From an uncultured Methanosarcinales archaeon (GTDB lineage Archaea > Nanobdellota > Nanobdellia > Woesearchaeales > CAYSVS01), in contig CAZPRK010000010.1 of assembly GCA_964589485.1 (NCBI GenBank), forward strand, positions 1 to 36,366: a DNA stretch of 36,366 bases. The letters are read 5' to 3'. Shown here piece by piece: positions 1-10,195 of the stretch (positions are counted from its first letter, which is position 1; every line of letters starts with the position of its first letter). Position numbers and translations under genes: made by a program. The notes beneath the pieces are model-generated. The model ran no database searches. It saw nothing but the letters and a program-made list of their open reading frames with translations, and had not been told where the DNA came from.

Positions 1-113
1 TCATAAATTTTATTAATTCAATATTTGCGTTTTCATTTTCAGGAAAATCTTTAATTGCAATTGTTAATTTATTTAGTTTTTTTTGCAGAATTAGATTTAA
101 TAATTACTTCCAT
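1..113 (-). pseudogene. Possible frameshifted DUF167/UPF0235 (YggU-like) gene, runs off window edge
   Basis: ATG at 113 just after the sufC stop gives MEVIIKSNSAKKTK*. Removing one A from the A8 run gives ...LTIAIKDFPENENANIELIKFM, resembling the DUF167 motif (VKPNxKK...IKAxPExGKANxELIKFL). Confidence 0.35.
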
Positions 114-115
114 TA

Positions 116-847
116 TTAATCCTCTTTAATCCAACCATATCCTTTTTCTTCTAATTCATCTAATAATTTACCTTTTCCTTCCAATGCTATTTTTCCATCA
201 ATCATTATATGTAATGTATCTGGTTTAACATATTCAAGGATTCTTTTATAGTGAGTTATAATTAGAATCATTTTATCTTTATTCATAACATTTTGTATTC
301 CTTCAGAAACTTGTTTTAATGCATCAATATCTAACCCTGAATCTGTTTCATCAAGTATTGCGAATTTAGGGTCAAGAACAGCCATTTGTAAAATTTCAGC
401 TTTCTTTTTTTCTCCGCCTGAAAAACCTTCATTTAAGTAACGTTCAAGAAATTTTTGATCCATTTTTAATAAAGTCATTTTTTCAGCTAATATTTTTCTA
501 AATTGCAAAACGTTTAATTTTTTTTCTCTAATATTATTTAATGCTGTTCTTAAAAAATTACTAATTGTAACTCCAGAAATTTCTTTAGGATATTGAAATG
601 ATAAAAAAATACCTTTTTTAGCTCTTTCGTTTGAAGGCATATCATTAATAATTTCATTGTTATATATAATTTGACCTTTAGTTATTTTATAACTTGGATG
701 TCCCATTAATACATATGATAAAGTACTTTTTCCGCTTCCATTTGGACCCATTAAAGCATGAACTTTACCTTTTTCTAGTTTAAGGTTTAATCCTTTAATA
801 ATTTCTTTTCCTTCAATTGATACATGTAAATTTTTAATTTCTAACAT
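116..847 (-). CDS. sufC: Fe-S cluster assembly ABC ATPase SufC
   Basis: GPNGSGKS Walker A, FQYP, NEGFSGGEKK signature, LDETDSGLDIDAL, ITHY. Confidence 0.97.
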   Translation of the reverse strand: MLEIKNLHVSIEGKEIIKGLNLKLEKGKVHALMGPNGSGKSTLSYVLMGHPSYKITKGQIIYNNEIINDMPSNERAKKGIFLSFQYPKEISGVTISNFLRTALNNIREKKLNVLQFRKILAEKMTLLKMDQKFLERYLNEGFSGGEKKKAEILQMAVLDPKFAILDETDSGLDIDALKQVSEGIQNVMNKDKMILIITHYKRILEYVKPDTLHIMIDGKIALEGKGKLLDELEEKGYGWIKED

Positions 848-1212
848 TTTTTCACCGCCTTATGTAAAACTTCAAGTGAAAGTAAGACACATTTAAGTCT
901 TACTGGTCCAACTGGAATTTCTAATAGTTCTAATAAATCATCTTTATTTAGTTTAATTACTTCATTTAATTTCATTTCTTTAATTGTTTCAGTTAACAAT
1001 GAAGCTGAGGCGATACATAAAGCACAACCTTTCCCTGAAAATTTTACATCAGATATAACATTATTGTCAACTAAAATTTCAATTGTAATATCATCTCCAC
1101 ATAATGGGTTAAGTTTTCTTTCTTTCTGTGTAACTTTTTTTAGTGACCCAAAATTTAATGGATTTTTGTATAAATCTAAAATATGTTCTTTATACATTTC
1201 TCTTGAATTCAT
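841..1212 (-). CDS. sufU: SufU/NifU-family Fe-S scaffold/sulfur-transfer protein
   Basis: MYKEHILD, NPLCGD, GKGCALC, PVRLKC; inside suf operon. Confidence 0.92.
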   Translation of the reverse strand: MNSREMYKEHILDLYKNPLNFGSLKKVTQKERKLNPLCGDDITIEILVDNNVISDVKFSGKGCALCIASASLLTETIKEMKLNEVIKLNKDDLLELLEIPVGPVRLKCVLLSLEVLHKAVKKC

Positions 1213-2393
1213 TTTAATATTCCTATTGTTTTTTCTAATGATTTAATGAATTTATCAACATCATCATGTGTATTGTATACATAAAAACTAACTCTACATG
1301 TTCCAGTAATATTCAACTTCTCCATAAGTGGCATTGCACAATGATGACCTCCTCTTATACAAATATTATCATCTGATAATAAAGAAGCAACATCATGAGG
1401 GTGTAATCCATTTATGTTAAATGAAATAATACCTGCACTCTTTTCTACACCTGGACTATATATAATAACATCTTCAATTTTTTTTAATTTATCCATTGCA
1501 TATTGAGTTAATTCTTTTTCCCATTTTTCAACATTTTCCATGCCAATGTTTTCAAGATAATCTATAGCTTCACCTAAACCAATAGCTCCTGCAATATTTG
1601 GTGTGCCAGCTTCAAATTTAGTAGGTATTTCGTTCCATGTTGAGTCTTCATATTTAACTTCCCCTATCATATCTCCGCCAGTATTAAACGGTTGAAGTTT
1701 TTCCAATAACTCTTTTTTTCCGTATAAAACTCCAATTCCAGTAGGTCCTAACATTTTATGTCCGGAAAAAACAAGAAAATCACAATCTATTTTTTTAACA
1801 TTAACTTTAGAATGTGGAACTAATTGAGCTGCATCTATAATAGAATATGCTTCTACTTTTTTAGCTAAATTAACTAATTTTTTAATGTCATTATTTGTAC
1901 CAAACACATTACTTGTTGCAGTAAAACTTACTATTGCAGTTTTATTAGTTATTTTTTTCTTAGCATCATCATAATCTAAAGTAAAATCATCTTTCATTTT
2001 AATGAACTTTAATTTAAAATTATTTCGTTTAGCAAATTGTTGCCAAGGAACTAAATTAGCATGATGTTCCATTTCTGTTAGAACTATTTCTGTTTTATTT
2101 ACTTCCAATGAAAAACTTAACAAATTCAAAGCTTCAGTTGCACCTCTTGTGAAAACTATTTCTTCAAATTCAGCATTAATAAATTTGGCAACTATTGATC
2201 TTGCATTATCATATAATTCGGTAGCTTTTTGACTTAATTCATAAACTCCCCTGTGTATATTGGCATAACTATTTGAATAAAAATTACTTATTGCGTCTAT
2301 AACATGTTTAGGTTTTTGAGTACTTGCTCCGCTATCTAAATAAATTATTTTTTGTTTAAATATTGGAAAATCTTTTTTTTTGTCCATTTTCAC
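1209..2393 (-). CDS. sufS: SufS-type (group II) cysteine desulfurase
   Basis: YLDSGASTQKP, EHHAN, SGHKM PLP lysine, RGGHHCA catalytic Cys; start may be ATG 2387. Confidence 0.96.
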   Translation of the reverse strand: MKMDKKKDFPIFKQKIIYLDSGASTQKPKHVIDAISNFYSNSYANIHRGVYELSQKATELYDNARSIVAKFINAEFEEIVFTRGATEALNLLSFSLEVNKTEIVLTEMEHHANLVPWQQFAKRNNFKLKFIKMKDDFTLDYDDAKKKITNKTAIVSFTATSNVFGTNNDIKKLVNLAKKVEAYSIIDAAQLVPHSKVNVKKIDCDFLVFSGHKMLGPTGIGVLYGKKELLEKLQPFNTGGDMIGEVKYEDSTWNEIPTKFEAGTPNIAGAIGLGEAIDYLENIGMENVEKWEKELTQYAMDKLKKIEDVIIYSPGVEKSAGIISFNINGLHPHDVASLLSDDNICIRGGHHCAMPLMEKLNITGTCRVSFYVYNTHDDVDKFIKSLEKTIGILK

Positions 2394-3454
2394 ATCTCAA
2401 TTGCTTTTTTTATTGGAGTTTCTACTATTTCCTTGAACTCTTTAAATTTATCAATTAACGGTGAAAAAAACCCATTGATTAACAATTTCTTTGCATCATC
2501 TTCATTAATTCCTCTTGATGTCATGTAAAATAATAATTCTTTGTCAATGTTAGTAACAGAACTACCGTGACTACAAATGACTTCATTGTTGTCAATTTCA
2601 AGGTTAGGAATAGCATCAGCTTCAGCATTATCGCTTAAAATAAGAACTTCTTGTTTTTCATATCCCTTAGAGTTAGGAGCATGTTGTTTAATTTTAATTA
2701 AACCTCTACTTAGAGCTTTTGATTTATCTAATACAACACCTTTAGTTAAAATATTTGAAGTTGTATTTGGTGCTTCATGAATAGCTGCAGTATAAATATC
2801 AAAAATTTGGTTTTTGTTTGAATGGTATAAAACAGTTGTATTAATATTACTTTCTTCTTCAAATAATGAATTAATTATATCTATTTTTTTATATTCTCCG
2901 CTTAAACATGTACTTACTATATTTATATTTGAATTCTTTTTACTTGATGTAATGATTTTTTGTATGTTTTCTTTTTTCAAAGAATCAATTAAAATAAAAT
3001 CTAGTAAAGAATTCTCTTTAGTAATTATTCTAATATCTTCACTGAAAAAACTTCCTTTTTTATTAAATATAATTGTTGCTTTACTATTTTTTTCAACTTG
3101 AATGTAAAAGCTAAGAAAAACATTTTCATCACAATCAATGTTAACAATGATTGGTTCATTTATTTTTTTTGGAATGTTTAAGTAAATAAATTTATTTATT
3201 TTTTCTTGATGTAAATAATAAAATTTATCCTTTTCTACATTAATTTTTTGAAATTCCATAAATTCTTTTTCAGTAATTTCTTTTAATTTAGCATTAGTAA
3301 TTTCAACCTTTGGGTTAATTTCTGAAGAAGATATATTTTCAAAGTTAAATTTAGGTTTAATCATTATTGAAGTTCCGTGTCTAAAACTAGGCAAAGGAGC
3401 ATTGTTTTGTTTTGCTTTATTTCTATGTTCTGTTAACCATTTTGGTTCTTTCAT
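2390..3454 (-). CDS. sufD: SufD-family Fe-S assembly protein
   Basis: AEADAIPNLEI..EVICSHG, LFYMTSRGI; follows sufB. Confidence 0.9.
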   Translation of the reverse strand: MKEPKWLTEHRNKAKQNNAPLPSFRHGTSIMIKPKFNFENISSSEINPKVEITNAKLKEITEKEFMEFQKINVEKDKFYYLHQEKINKFIYLNIPKKINEPIIVNIDCDENVFLSFYIQVEKNSKATIIFNKKGSFFSEDIRIITKENSLLDFILIDSLKKENIQKIITSSKKNSNINIVSTCLSGEYKKIDIINSLFEEESNINTTVLYHSNKNQIFDIYTAAIHEAPNTTSNILTKGVVLDKSKALSRGLIKIKQHAPNSKGYEKQEVLILSDNAEADAIPNLEIDNNEVICSHGSSVTNIDKELLFYMTSRGINEDDAKKLLINGFFSPLIDKFKEFKEIVETPIKKAIEM

Positions 3455-4854
3455 CCTAAAGACCCTTCCATTTCTAATTCAATTAATCTGTTTAATTCAA
3501 CAGCATATTCTAAAGGAAGTTCTTTTACAATTGGGTCAACAAATCCAGAAATTATCATTTGTTTAGCTTGTTCTTCATTTAACCCTCTAGACATTAAATA
3601 AAAAATTTGTTCTTCGTTTATTTTTCCAACTCTTGCTTCATGAGATATGTTTGAATCTTTTTCTTTAATGTCCATAAAAGGATAAGTATTTGATTTAGAT
3701 TTATTGTCTATCATTAAAGCATCACATTCAACTAATGCAGATGCATTTTTTGCACCTTTAACTACGCTTAATTGTCCTCTATAGCTACTAATTCCTCCAT
3801 TAATACTAATTGACTTTGATTTAGTTATGGAAGTAGTATCTTTCCCAATATGAATTACTTTTCCGCCAGTATCTTGATTTTGATCTTTATTTGCTAATGC
3901 AATACCTATAAAATCGGCTTTACTTCTATCTCCTATTAACATTGAGGCTGGATAAAGCATTGTTACTCCTGAGCCAAGATTTCCATTAACCCACTCCATT
4001 ATTCCATCTTCATAAACAACTGCCCTTTTTGTGTTTAAATTATAAGTATTTTTACTCCAATTTTCAATACTTGAATATCTTGCTCTTGCTCCTTTTAAGA
4101 CGTGAACTTCTACACATCCGGCATGTAATGAATTTTGTGTATATTGAGGAGCACTACATCCTTCGATATATTGCATTTCTGCTCCCTCATCTACAATTAT
4201 TAAAGTATGTTCAAATTGTCCTCCTTTGGCTGCATTCATTCTAAAATATGCTTGTAATGGTTCAGTTAATTTTACATTTTTTGGAATGTAAATAAAAGTC
4301 CCCCCACTCCAAACTGCTGCATGTAATGCACTAAATTTATGTAAATCAATTGGAACACATGAAGTCATAAAATATTTTTTTACTAATTCAGGAAATTCTT
4401 TAACTGCTACATCCATATCAAGAAAAACTATTCCTTGTTCTTCCCATTCTTTTTTTAAGCTATGATAAACAACTTCTGATTCATATTGAGCACCAACTCC
4501 ACCTAACGATTTTTTTTCAGCTTCAGGAATTCCCAATTTATCAAATGTTTTTTTAATATCTTCAGGAACATCTTCCCATTTTGTAGAATTTTGTTTGGCA
4601 TCAGGTCTCATAAAATAATGTATTTGTGATAAATCTAATTTACTTAAATTTGGACCCCAGTTAGGCATACTTTTTTCTTGAAATATTCTTAATCCTTTTA
4701 ATCTTATATCTAACATCCATTTAGGTTCTTTTTTTTGTTTAGAAATTTCTCTAACAACTTCTTCAGTTACGCCTTCTTTTGCTTTATAATTTAATTTTTC
4801 AGCATTAAAATGATCATAACGTTCTCTTTCAATTTCAAATGCCTTTTTTTCCAT
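3451..4854 (-). CDS. sufB: Fe-S cluster assembly protein SufB
   Basis: LGIPEAE, GAQYESE, WSGG, YIEGCSAP, FYLMSRG; start taken at ATG 4854 (MEKK), about 28 nt below a TATA box. Confidence 0.97.
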   Translation of the reverse strand: MEKKAFEIERERYDHFNAEKLNYKAKEGVTEEVVREISKQKKEPKWMLDIRLKGLRIFQEKSMPNWGPNLSKLDLSQIHYFMRPDAKQNSTKWEDVPEDIKKTFDKLGIPEAEKKSLGGVGAQYESEVVYHSLKKEWEEQGIVFLDMDVAVKEFPELVKKYFMTSCVPIDLHKFSALHAAVWSGGTFIYIPKNVKLTEPLQAYFRMNAAKGGQFEHTLIIVDEGAEMQYIEGCSAPQYTQNSLHAGCVEVHVLKGARARYSSIENWSKNTYNLNTKRAVVYEDGIMEWVNGNLGSGVTMLYPASMLIGDRSKADFIGIALANKDQNQDTGGKVIHIGKDTTSITKSKSISINGGISSYRGQLSVVKGAKNASALVECDALMIDNKSKSNTYPFMDIKEKDSNISHEARVGKINEEQIFYLMSRGLNEEQAKQMIISGFVDPIVKELPLEYAVELNRLIELEMEGSLG

Positions 4855-4912
4855 GTTAACTATTGTTAACAAATTTAAGTTTATTTAAATAACTTTCGGG
4901 AGATTTATAAGT
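4854..4912. promoter_or_regulatory. Divergent archaeal promoters plus palindrome TGTTAAC-N4-GTTAACA
   Basis: Minus-strand GAAAG-TTA-TTTAAATA (~4882-4897) for sufB; plus-strand TTTATAAG (4904-4911) for ORF 4934; 7-bp inverted repeat at 4854-4871. Confidence 0.6.
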
Positions 4913-4933
4913 AATCGTAATTTACGCAAATAT

Positions 4934-5395
4934 ATGTACAGTGAATTTAAAGCTTATCATCTTTTTGATAATAATACTATTAAAATAAGAGTTACTGATT
5001 TAAGCAAATTAGAAAAACGGTTATCTGAAGTTGATTTAGTTGTTGAAAGTGATGATTCTCAAGGTTTAGATGAATCTCTCACTTATTTTGCAGTAGCAAG
5101 TTTTGGGATATTTCAAAAGGAGGGTTTTAGTATACAAGAAATTAATAATATTGGCACTTCAGAACTTAATTCTTTGAAAAGTTTATTTAATTATGGTTGT
5201 AGTAAAGTAGAAAACAATTTTGGTATGGGTGATTCTAATTTACTTTCTTTTTTTAAATCTGCATTTGTAGTAATGAGAGCATTAGACTACGAACAAAAAA
5301 ATGGAAGAGAACCTGAATATATGAATGAATTGTTGATTTTTAAAAATCATATTGAACAATTTCATAATGGACCAGTAATTGAAACTATTAATTAA
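4934..5395 (+). CDS. Hypothetical protein
   Basis: 153-aa ORF with TATA box ~25 nt upstream; no recognised motif. Confidence 0.7.
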   Translation: MYSEFKAYHLFDNNTIKIRVTDLSKLEKRLSEVDLVVESDDSQGLDESLTYFAVASFGIFQKEGFSIQEINNIGTSELNSLKSLFNYGCSKVENNFGMGDSNLLSFFKSAFVVMRALDYEQKNGREPEYMNELLIFKNHIEQFHNGPVIETIN

Positions 5396-5442
5396 CAATA
5401 CCTTTATATATCAACTGTATTCTTGCAAAATAAGGTGAAATT

Positions 5443-6264
5443 ATGAAAGAATTACAACATACGGAACAAAGAGTAGCAGTACTTATTGATATTCAAAATA
5501 TGTATTATAGTGCTAAACATTTATACAATACTAAAGTTAATTTTAAAGAAATTATGAGAACTGCTGTTTCAGGGAGAAGATTAGTTAGAGCTATAGGTTA
5601 TGCAATTAAAGCTGATGTTAAAGATGAAAATGTTTTTCATGATGCTTTGAATAAAGTTGGAATTGAAGTTAAAGCTAAAGATTTACTTGTCTTCCATGGT
5701 GGAAGTAAAAAAGGAGACTGGGATATTGGAATAGCAATGGATGCAGTAAGGTTAAGTAACAAAATAGATACTTTGGTTTTAGTTTCAGGGGATGGAGATT
5801 TTAAAGATTTGTTAACTTACTTAAAACAACATGGACTTAGAACTGAAGTTTTAGCTTTTAGTAAAACTGCAAGTATTTTTATTAAACAGGAAGCAGATCA
5901 ATTTGTTGATTTAGAGAAAGATAAAAGTAAGTATTTAATTAATTATAAAGAAAATAAAACTTATGAGAAAAAAACTTATCAACCAAAAAAGGAAGTAGTA
6001 AAACAACAATCACCACCAGTATTTAAGAAGGTAGAAAAAAAAGTTTATACTGATGAACCAAATATTGAAGATGTTTTTGGTGATGATGAGAAGAAGTCTG
6101 TAACTCAAAAAACTTCAAGCAATGCAAAGAAAGAAACTGTTCAGAAACCTTCAGTAAAAGAAGAAACTCCTAAAAAAGTTACAAAAAAAGTAGTAGAGAA
6201 AAAAGAATCTAAACCAAAGGACAGTTTGCTTAAAAGAATAAGTAATAAATTAAAAAAATCATAA
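5443..6264 (+). CDS. NYN-domain (LabA/DUF88, PIN-like) protein with Lys/Glu-rich tail
   Basis: VLIDIQN, KGDWDIGIAMDA, LVSGDGDF, ADQFVDL; AGGTGA RBS. Confidence 0.9.
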   Translation: MKELQHTEQRVAVLIDIQNMYYSAKHLYNTKVNFKEIMRTAVSGRRLVRAIGYAIKADVKDENVFHDALNKVGIEVKAKDLLVFHGGSKKGDWDIGIAMDAVRLSNKIDTLVLVSGDGDFKDLLTYLKQHGLRTEVLAFSKTASIFIKQEADQFVDLEKDKSKYLINYKENKTYEKKTYQPKKEVVKQQSPPVFKKVEKKVYTDEPNIEDVFGDDEKKSVTQKTSSNAKKETVQKPSVKEETPKKVTKKVVEKKESKPKDSLLKRISNKLKKS

Positions 6265-7359
6265 GTTATGCATACTATTATCTAATTTCCTTTGATGCAC
6301 TATTAATTCAGCATTAAGGTAATTTAGTTTTAGCCTGGAAATAGGATCGTTATAAACAACTTTTTCTAATGTATAAGTTTTTAGTCTTGTAATTTGATCA
6401 AGAGTTGGATCTATATCATAACAAATTATTTCATTAGTTATGTCTATTACATTGAATAAACCATTATTAATTCCTGCATTATTTAATAAATAATACCACT
6501 CATTATGTATATAAAAATGAGTTGTTTTAAATGTATCATTACTTTGACAAAAAAGTTTAGGTATATTTGATTTTTTCTTAAGAAATTCTTTCATTAAATT
6601 TGATTTAGGTTCAAGTAAAAATGGCTTGCTATTAGTTTTATTCTCAATATGATTAAATATTAAGATTGCTCTTGCTTTTACCATTTTTTTAGAAACTTCA
6701 TTTAGTGTAGATTTTGTTATATTTTCTTGAGCTATACTTTTTTCTTGGTCTAAGTCATCATCATATAATCCAGGAATTCCTGCGATTAAAATATCTTTTT
6801 CCAATATTGCTTTTTGGCTTATAAGTTTAAAATTGTTAATTTCTTTTAATTTGTTTTTAAATATTTCAAAATGGTTTCTTTCTTTGCTTTGATATAATAT
6901 TTTATTTAGCATTTCTTTTTCTAAACCAAATACTAAAGATAATTCATGTAACATATAATCATGTAAAGGACTTTCGTGGTTTCCTAGATTAAAATAAACT
7001 TTACATATTTGAGATAATTTTCTTAAACTATGTATTACGAACATATATCTTTCATCAATATAGTCTTTTAAACTTTCACTAAGTTCAATTAAACTTTTTT
7101 GATCTAATTCTTGCCCTTGTTTAATTTTCTGAATTGCTTCAATTAATTTACCTGATGTATATGGGGCAGCATTTTGAAACACTTTTGAAAAATCTTCAAG
7201 TGGTTTATTTTTTTCATCTTTAGCGTTAAAAATTCCAAGAATATCTCCGTTAACAACAACCCCGTCTACTTTATATTTTATAGAGAACGATTTAAAATAA
7301 GAATATATTTTTTCAAATGACTCTGCAGTGTTAGTGTCAGAAATAACGGCTAATCTCAT
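6259..7359 (-). CDS. Divergent calcineurin-like metallophosphoesterase
   Basis: MRLAVISD, VVNGD, LGNHE motifs; DxH His is absent (DTN). Confidence 0.65.
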   Translation of the reverse strand: MRLAVISDTNTAESFEKIYSYFKSFSIKYKVDGVVVNGDILGIFNAKDEKNKPLEDFSKVFQNAAPYTSGKLIEAIQKIKQGQELDQKSLIELSESLKDYIDERYMFVIHSLRKLSQICKVYFNLGNHESPLHDYMLHELSLVFGLEKEMLNKILYQSKERNHFEIFKNKLKEINNFKLISQKAILEKDILIAGIPGLYDDDLDQEKSIAQENITKSTLNEVSKKMVKARAILIFNHIENKTNSKPFLLEPKSNLMKEFLKKKSNIPKLFCQSNDTFKTTHFYIHNEWYYLLNNAGINNGLFNVIDITNEIICYDIDPTLDQITRLKTYTLEKVVYNDPISRLKLNYLNAELIVHQRKLDNSMHNL

Positions 7360-7390
7360 TATTACTATTATAAATTTTATTTATATAAAC

Positions 7391-7783
7391 TTATTGTTTT
7401 AAAACATCATCAATTGTTCTTTTTAACTCTATAGTAGGTTGTTGTGCGTCCATACAAATATGCGCAATATAATGTTTACCTTCTTTAAGTCCTAAATTTA
7501 TTGAATAGTTAATATTTTCACTAGAATAAAGTATGACAGGTGTTTTTTTATTAGTTTCTTCAAGAAATTGCAAGTATTGATTTAAACGTTTACTATTTCT
7601 AGTAACCATAAAAGGTTCAGTAACCAACACATCGTATTGTTTAGTTTCAAAACAATCTTTTGCTTGCGCTATAGATGCTACGGGTTCAAATTTCATTCCT
7701 AATACTGGCTCAGTATTTTTATAAATATGGGCATTATTACGTCCACCAGGTGAACCATCTAACATTAAAACATTAATTGTCAT
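7391..7783 (-). CDS. Hypothetical protein, possibly a degenerate CheY-like receiver fold
   Basis: NVLMLD...YDVLVTEP...TPVILYSS pattern; Glu at the phospho-Asp position. Confidence 0.45.
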   Translation of the reverse strand: MTINVLMLDGSPGGRNNAHIYKNTEPVLGMKFEPVASIAQAKDCFETKQYDVLVTEPFMVTRNSKRLNQYLQFLEETNKKTPVILYSSENINYSINLGLKEGKHYIAHICMDAQQPTIELKRTIDDVLKQ

Positions 7784-7816
7784 AAATACAAAGAATTATA
7801 GTAACTTTATAAATTT

Positions 7817-9499
7817 TTATTCCATACAAGCTTTAACAAATCCTAAATAAAAAGGACTTGGTTTACTTGGTTTTGATTTAAATTCAGGGTGAGCTTGAGT
7901 TCCAACGAAAAATTTATGTTCTGGCAACTCTAAAATCTTCATAATGTCATGTTTTTTTCCAGAAAATATCATTCCGTTTTCTTCAAATCTAGTTACATAT
8001 TCAGGGTTACATTCAAATCTATGTCTAAACCTTTCTCTAATATTAATACTTCCATATAATTTATGGGCGATTGTATTTTCTTTTACATCTATGTCAAATT
8101 CACCTAATCTCATATTTCCGCCTAAACCTTCAATTTTCATTTGTTCAGGTAGTAAACAAATAACCGGGTTTTTTGTATCTTGGTTTACTTCAGTAGAATC
8201 TGCATCTAAGTTCATTACATTTCTTGCGAATTCAACTAAAGCCATTTGAAATCCATAACATAACCCTAAATAAGGTAAATTATTTTCTCTTGCGTATTTT
8301 ATGCAAGAAATTTTTCCTTCAATACCCCTTGTTCCAAAACCACCAGGAACAATTATACCATTTACATCTTTTAGTTGTTCATTAATATTATTTTCATTAG
8401 TAGTATCTATCCATTTAATGTTAATTTTTACACTATTTGCATATCCTGCATGATCAAGCGCATGAATGATAGAAGCATAAGAATCTCTTAACCCTGTATA
8501 TTTCCCAGTAATTCCTATTGTTATATTTTTTTCTAAATTTCTAGTTTGTTCAATAAAATTACTCCATTTTTTAATATTAATTTCTTCTTCTTCTGGTTTA
8601 ATTCTGTCTTTTAAATCTAACAATTCAACAACTGCTTCGTCGATTTTAGCATCTTTTAATGCTAAGGGAATTCTATATAAATTTTTAACATCATGGGCAC
8701 TAAACACCATGTTTGTTTTAACGTTTGCAGTAATGCTTATTTTTTGTTTAACTTTTTCAGTTACTTCATTTACAGCTCTACATGCAACAATATCAGGTTG
8801 AATTCCTTTTTCCATTAAAGTTTTTATTCCTAATTGTGCAGCTTTACTTTTTTGTTCACCTAAAAAAGCAGGTTCTAAAACATATGTTAAACAAAGAAAT
8901 GCTACGTTTTCTTTACCTTCTTCATATGCTAGTTCTCTCATTGCTTCAATGTAATGAGAATTTTCAATATCACCAACTGTTCCACCAATTTCAACAAACA
9001 CAACATCTGCTGAACTTTTCATTGCCAATTCTCTTAAAAGAAATTTAATTTCACCTGTTACATGCGGAATGAATTGAATATCTCTTCCTAAATACTTTCC
9101 TTCTCTTTCTTTTTTTAGAATTTTTGTAAATAATTGTCCATTTGTAGTGAAATTAAGTGAATTTAAATCTTGCTCTAAGTAACGTTCATATGTTCCTAAG
9201 TCCATGTCAGTTTCCATTCCATCGTTTAAAACAAAAACTTCACCATGTCTGTATGGATTTAATGTTCCTGAGTCTATATTAATATAACCTTCAAATTTAA
9301 TTGGGCTAACATTTAAACCTTTAAATTTCATTAATTTAGCTAATGATGAAGAAAAAATACCTTTTCCTAAACCAGACATTACAGTTCCTAATGTAATTAT
9401 GAATTTAGTTTTTCCTTTAACATATCCTTCAGGAATTGAAGAAAAGTATTCAGAATCTTCTTGTTTTTGGGCAATGTCATCTAAAACGTCAGGTTGCAT
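7817..9499 (-). CDS. pyrG: CTP synthase
   Basis: SGLGKG, GTLNPYRHGEVFV, GGTVGDIE, VPGGFG, GLCYG, RHRFE, HPE. Confidence 0.98.
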   Translation of the reverse strand: MQPDVLDDIAQKQEDSEYFSSIPEGYVKGKTKFIITLGTVMSGLGKGIFSSSLAKLMKFKGLNVSPIKFEGYINIDSGTLNPYRHGEVFVLNDGMETDMDLGTYERYLEQDLNSLNFTTNGQLFTKILKKEREGKYLGRDIQFIPHVTGEIKFLLRELAMKSSADVVFVEIGGTVGDIENSHYIEAMRELAYEEGKENVAFLCLTYVLEPAFLGEQKSKAAQLGIKTLMEKGIQPDIVACRAVNEVTEKVKQKISITANVKTNMVFSAHDVKNLYRIPLALKDAKIDEAVVELLDLKDRIKPEEEEINIKKWSNFIEQTRNLEKNITIGITGKYTGLRDSYASIIHALDHAGYANSVKINIKWIDTTNENNINEQLKDVNGIIVPGGFGTRGIEGKISCIKYARENNLPYLGLCYGFQMALVEFARNVMNLDADSTEVNQDTKNPVICLLPEQMKIEGLGGNMRLGEFDIDVKENTIAHKLYGSINIRERFRHRFECNPEYVTRFEENGMIFSGKKHDIMKILELPEHKFFVGTQAHPEFKSKPSKPSPFYLGFVKACME

Positions 9500-9593
9500 A
9501 ATTCTGGGAAAGGTATTTGTTATTTAAAGATTATTATTGTAGAAATTCTTCTTTGACTATATATTTAAATATGACAAAGAATCATCAAAAAAA

Positions 9594-10148
9594 ATGATTA
9601 AATCTATTATATTTGACCTTGATGGAATGGTTCATAGAGTAAATGAATTATTTAGTGTTTCAATGGCTGAGAAGCACGGAATTAATGTTTTAGATTTCTT
9701 TAATAACGAATATATTGAATGTAGGATAGGAAAATTAGATACTAAAGAAGTGTTAACAAAATATGTTGAAAAATGGAATATGAGTGTTGATGATTTCATT
9801 AAATTATGGAATGACTTTGGATATTTTGATAAAGAAGTTATAAAATTAATATTTAAGTTTAAGGAAAAAAATATTAAATGTATACTTGCAACAAATAATG
9901 TTAAAACACGTATTGAATCTTATGACGAATTAAAAATATTTGATAATGTAATAGCTTCATATGATTATGGAGTTTTAAAGGATGAGTTGTTCCAAGTTCT
10001 TTTAGATATCAGTAATTGTAACAAGGAAGAAATTTTATATTGTGATGATAAAACTGTAGATAAAGCTAATGACTTCGGATTTAAAACTTTCTGGTATAAG
10101 GATTTTGATGAGTTTAGAGAGTTTCTTGATAAAGAAAGGATATTGTGA
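9594..10148 (+). CDS. HAD-superfamily hydrolase
   Basis: IIFDLDG motif I, LATN motif II, YCDD motif IV. Confidence 0.85.
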   Translation: MIKSIIFDLDGMVHRVNELFSVSMAEKHGINVLDFFNNEYIECRIGKLDTKEVLTKYVEKWNMSVDDFIKLWNDFGYFDKEVIKLIFKFKEKNIKCILATNNVKTRIESYDELKIFDNVIASYDYGVLKDELFQVLLDISNCNKEEILYCDDKTVDKANDFGFKTFWYKDFDEFREFLDKERIL

Positions 10149-10151
10149 ATA

Positions 10152-10171
10152 AAAAAGAAAACCTTTAAAAG
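10152..10171 (+). promoter_or_regulatory. BRE/TATA promoter of the tRNA(CAU) gene
   Basis: Purine-rich AAAGAAAA followed by TTTAAAA at 10164-10170, 25 nt before the tRNA 5' end. Confidence 0.6.
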
Positions 10172-10195
10172 TTAATGCTATGTTCTAAACTTAAC

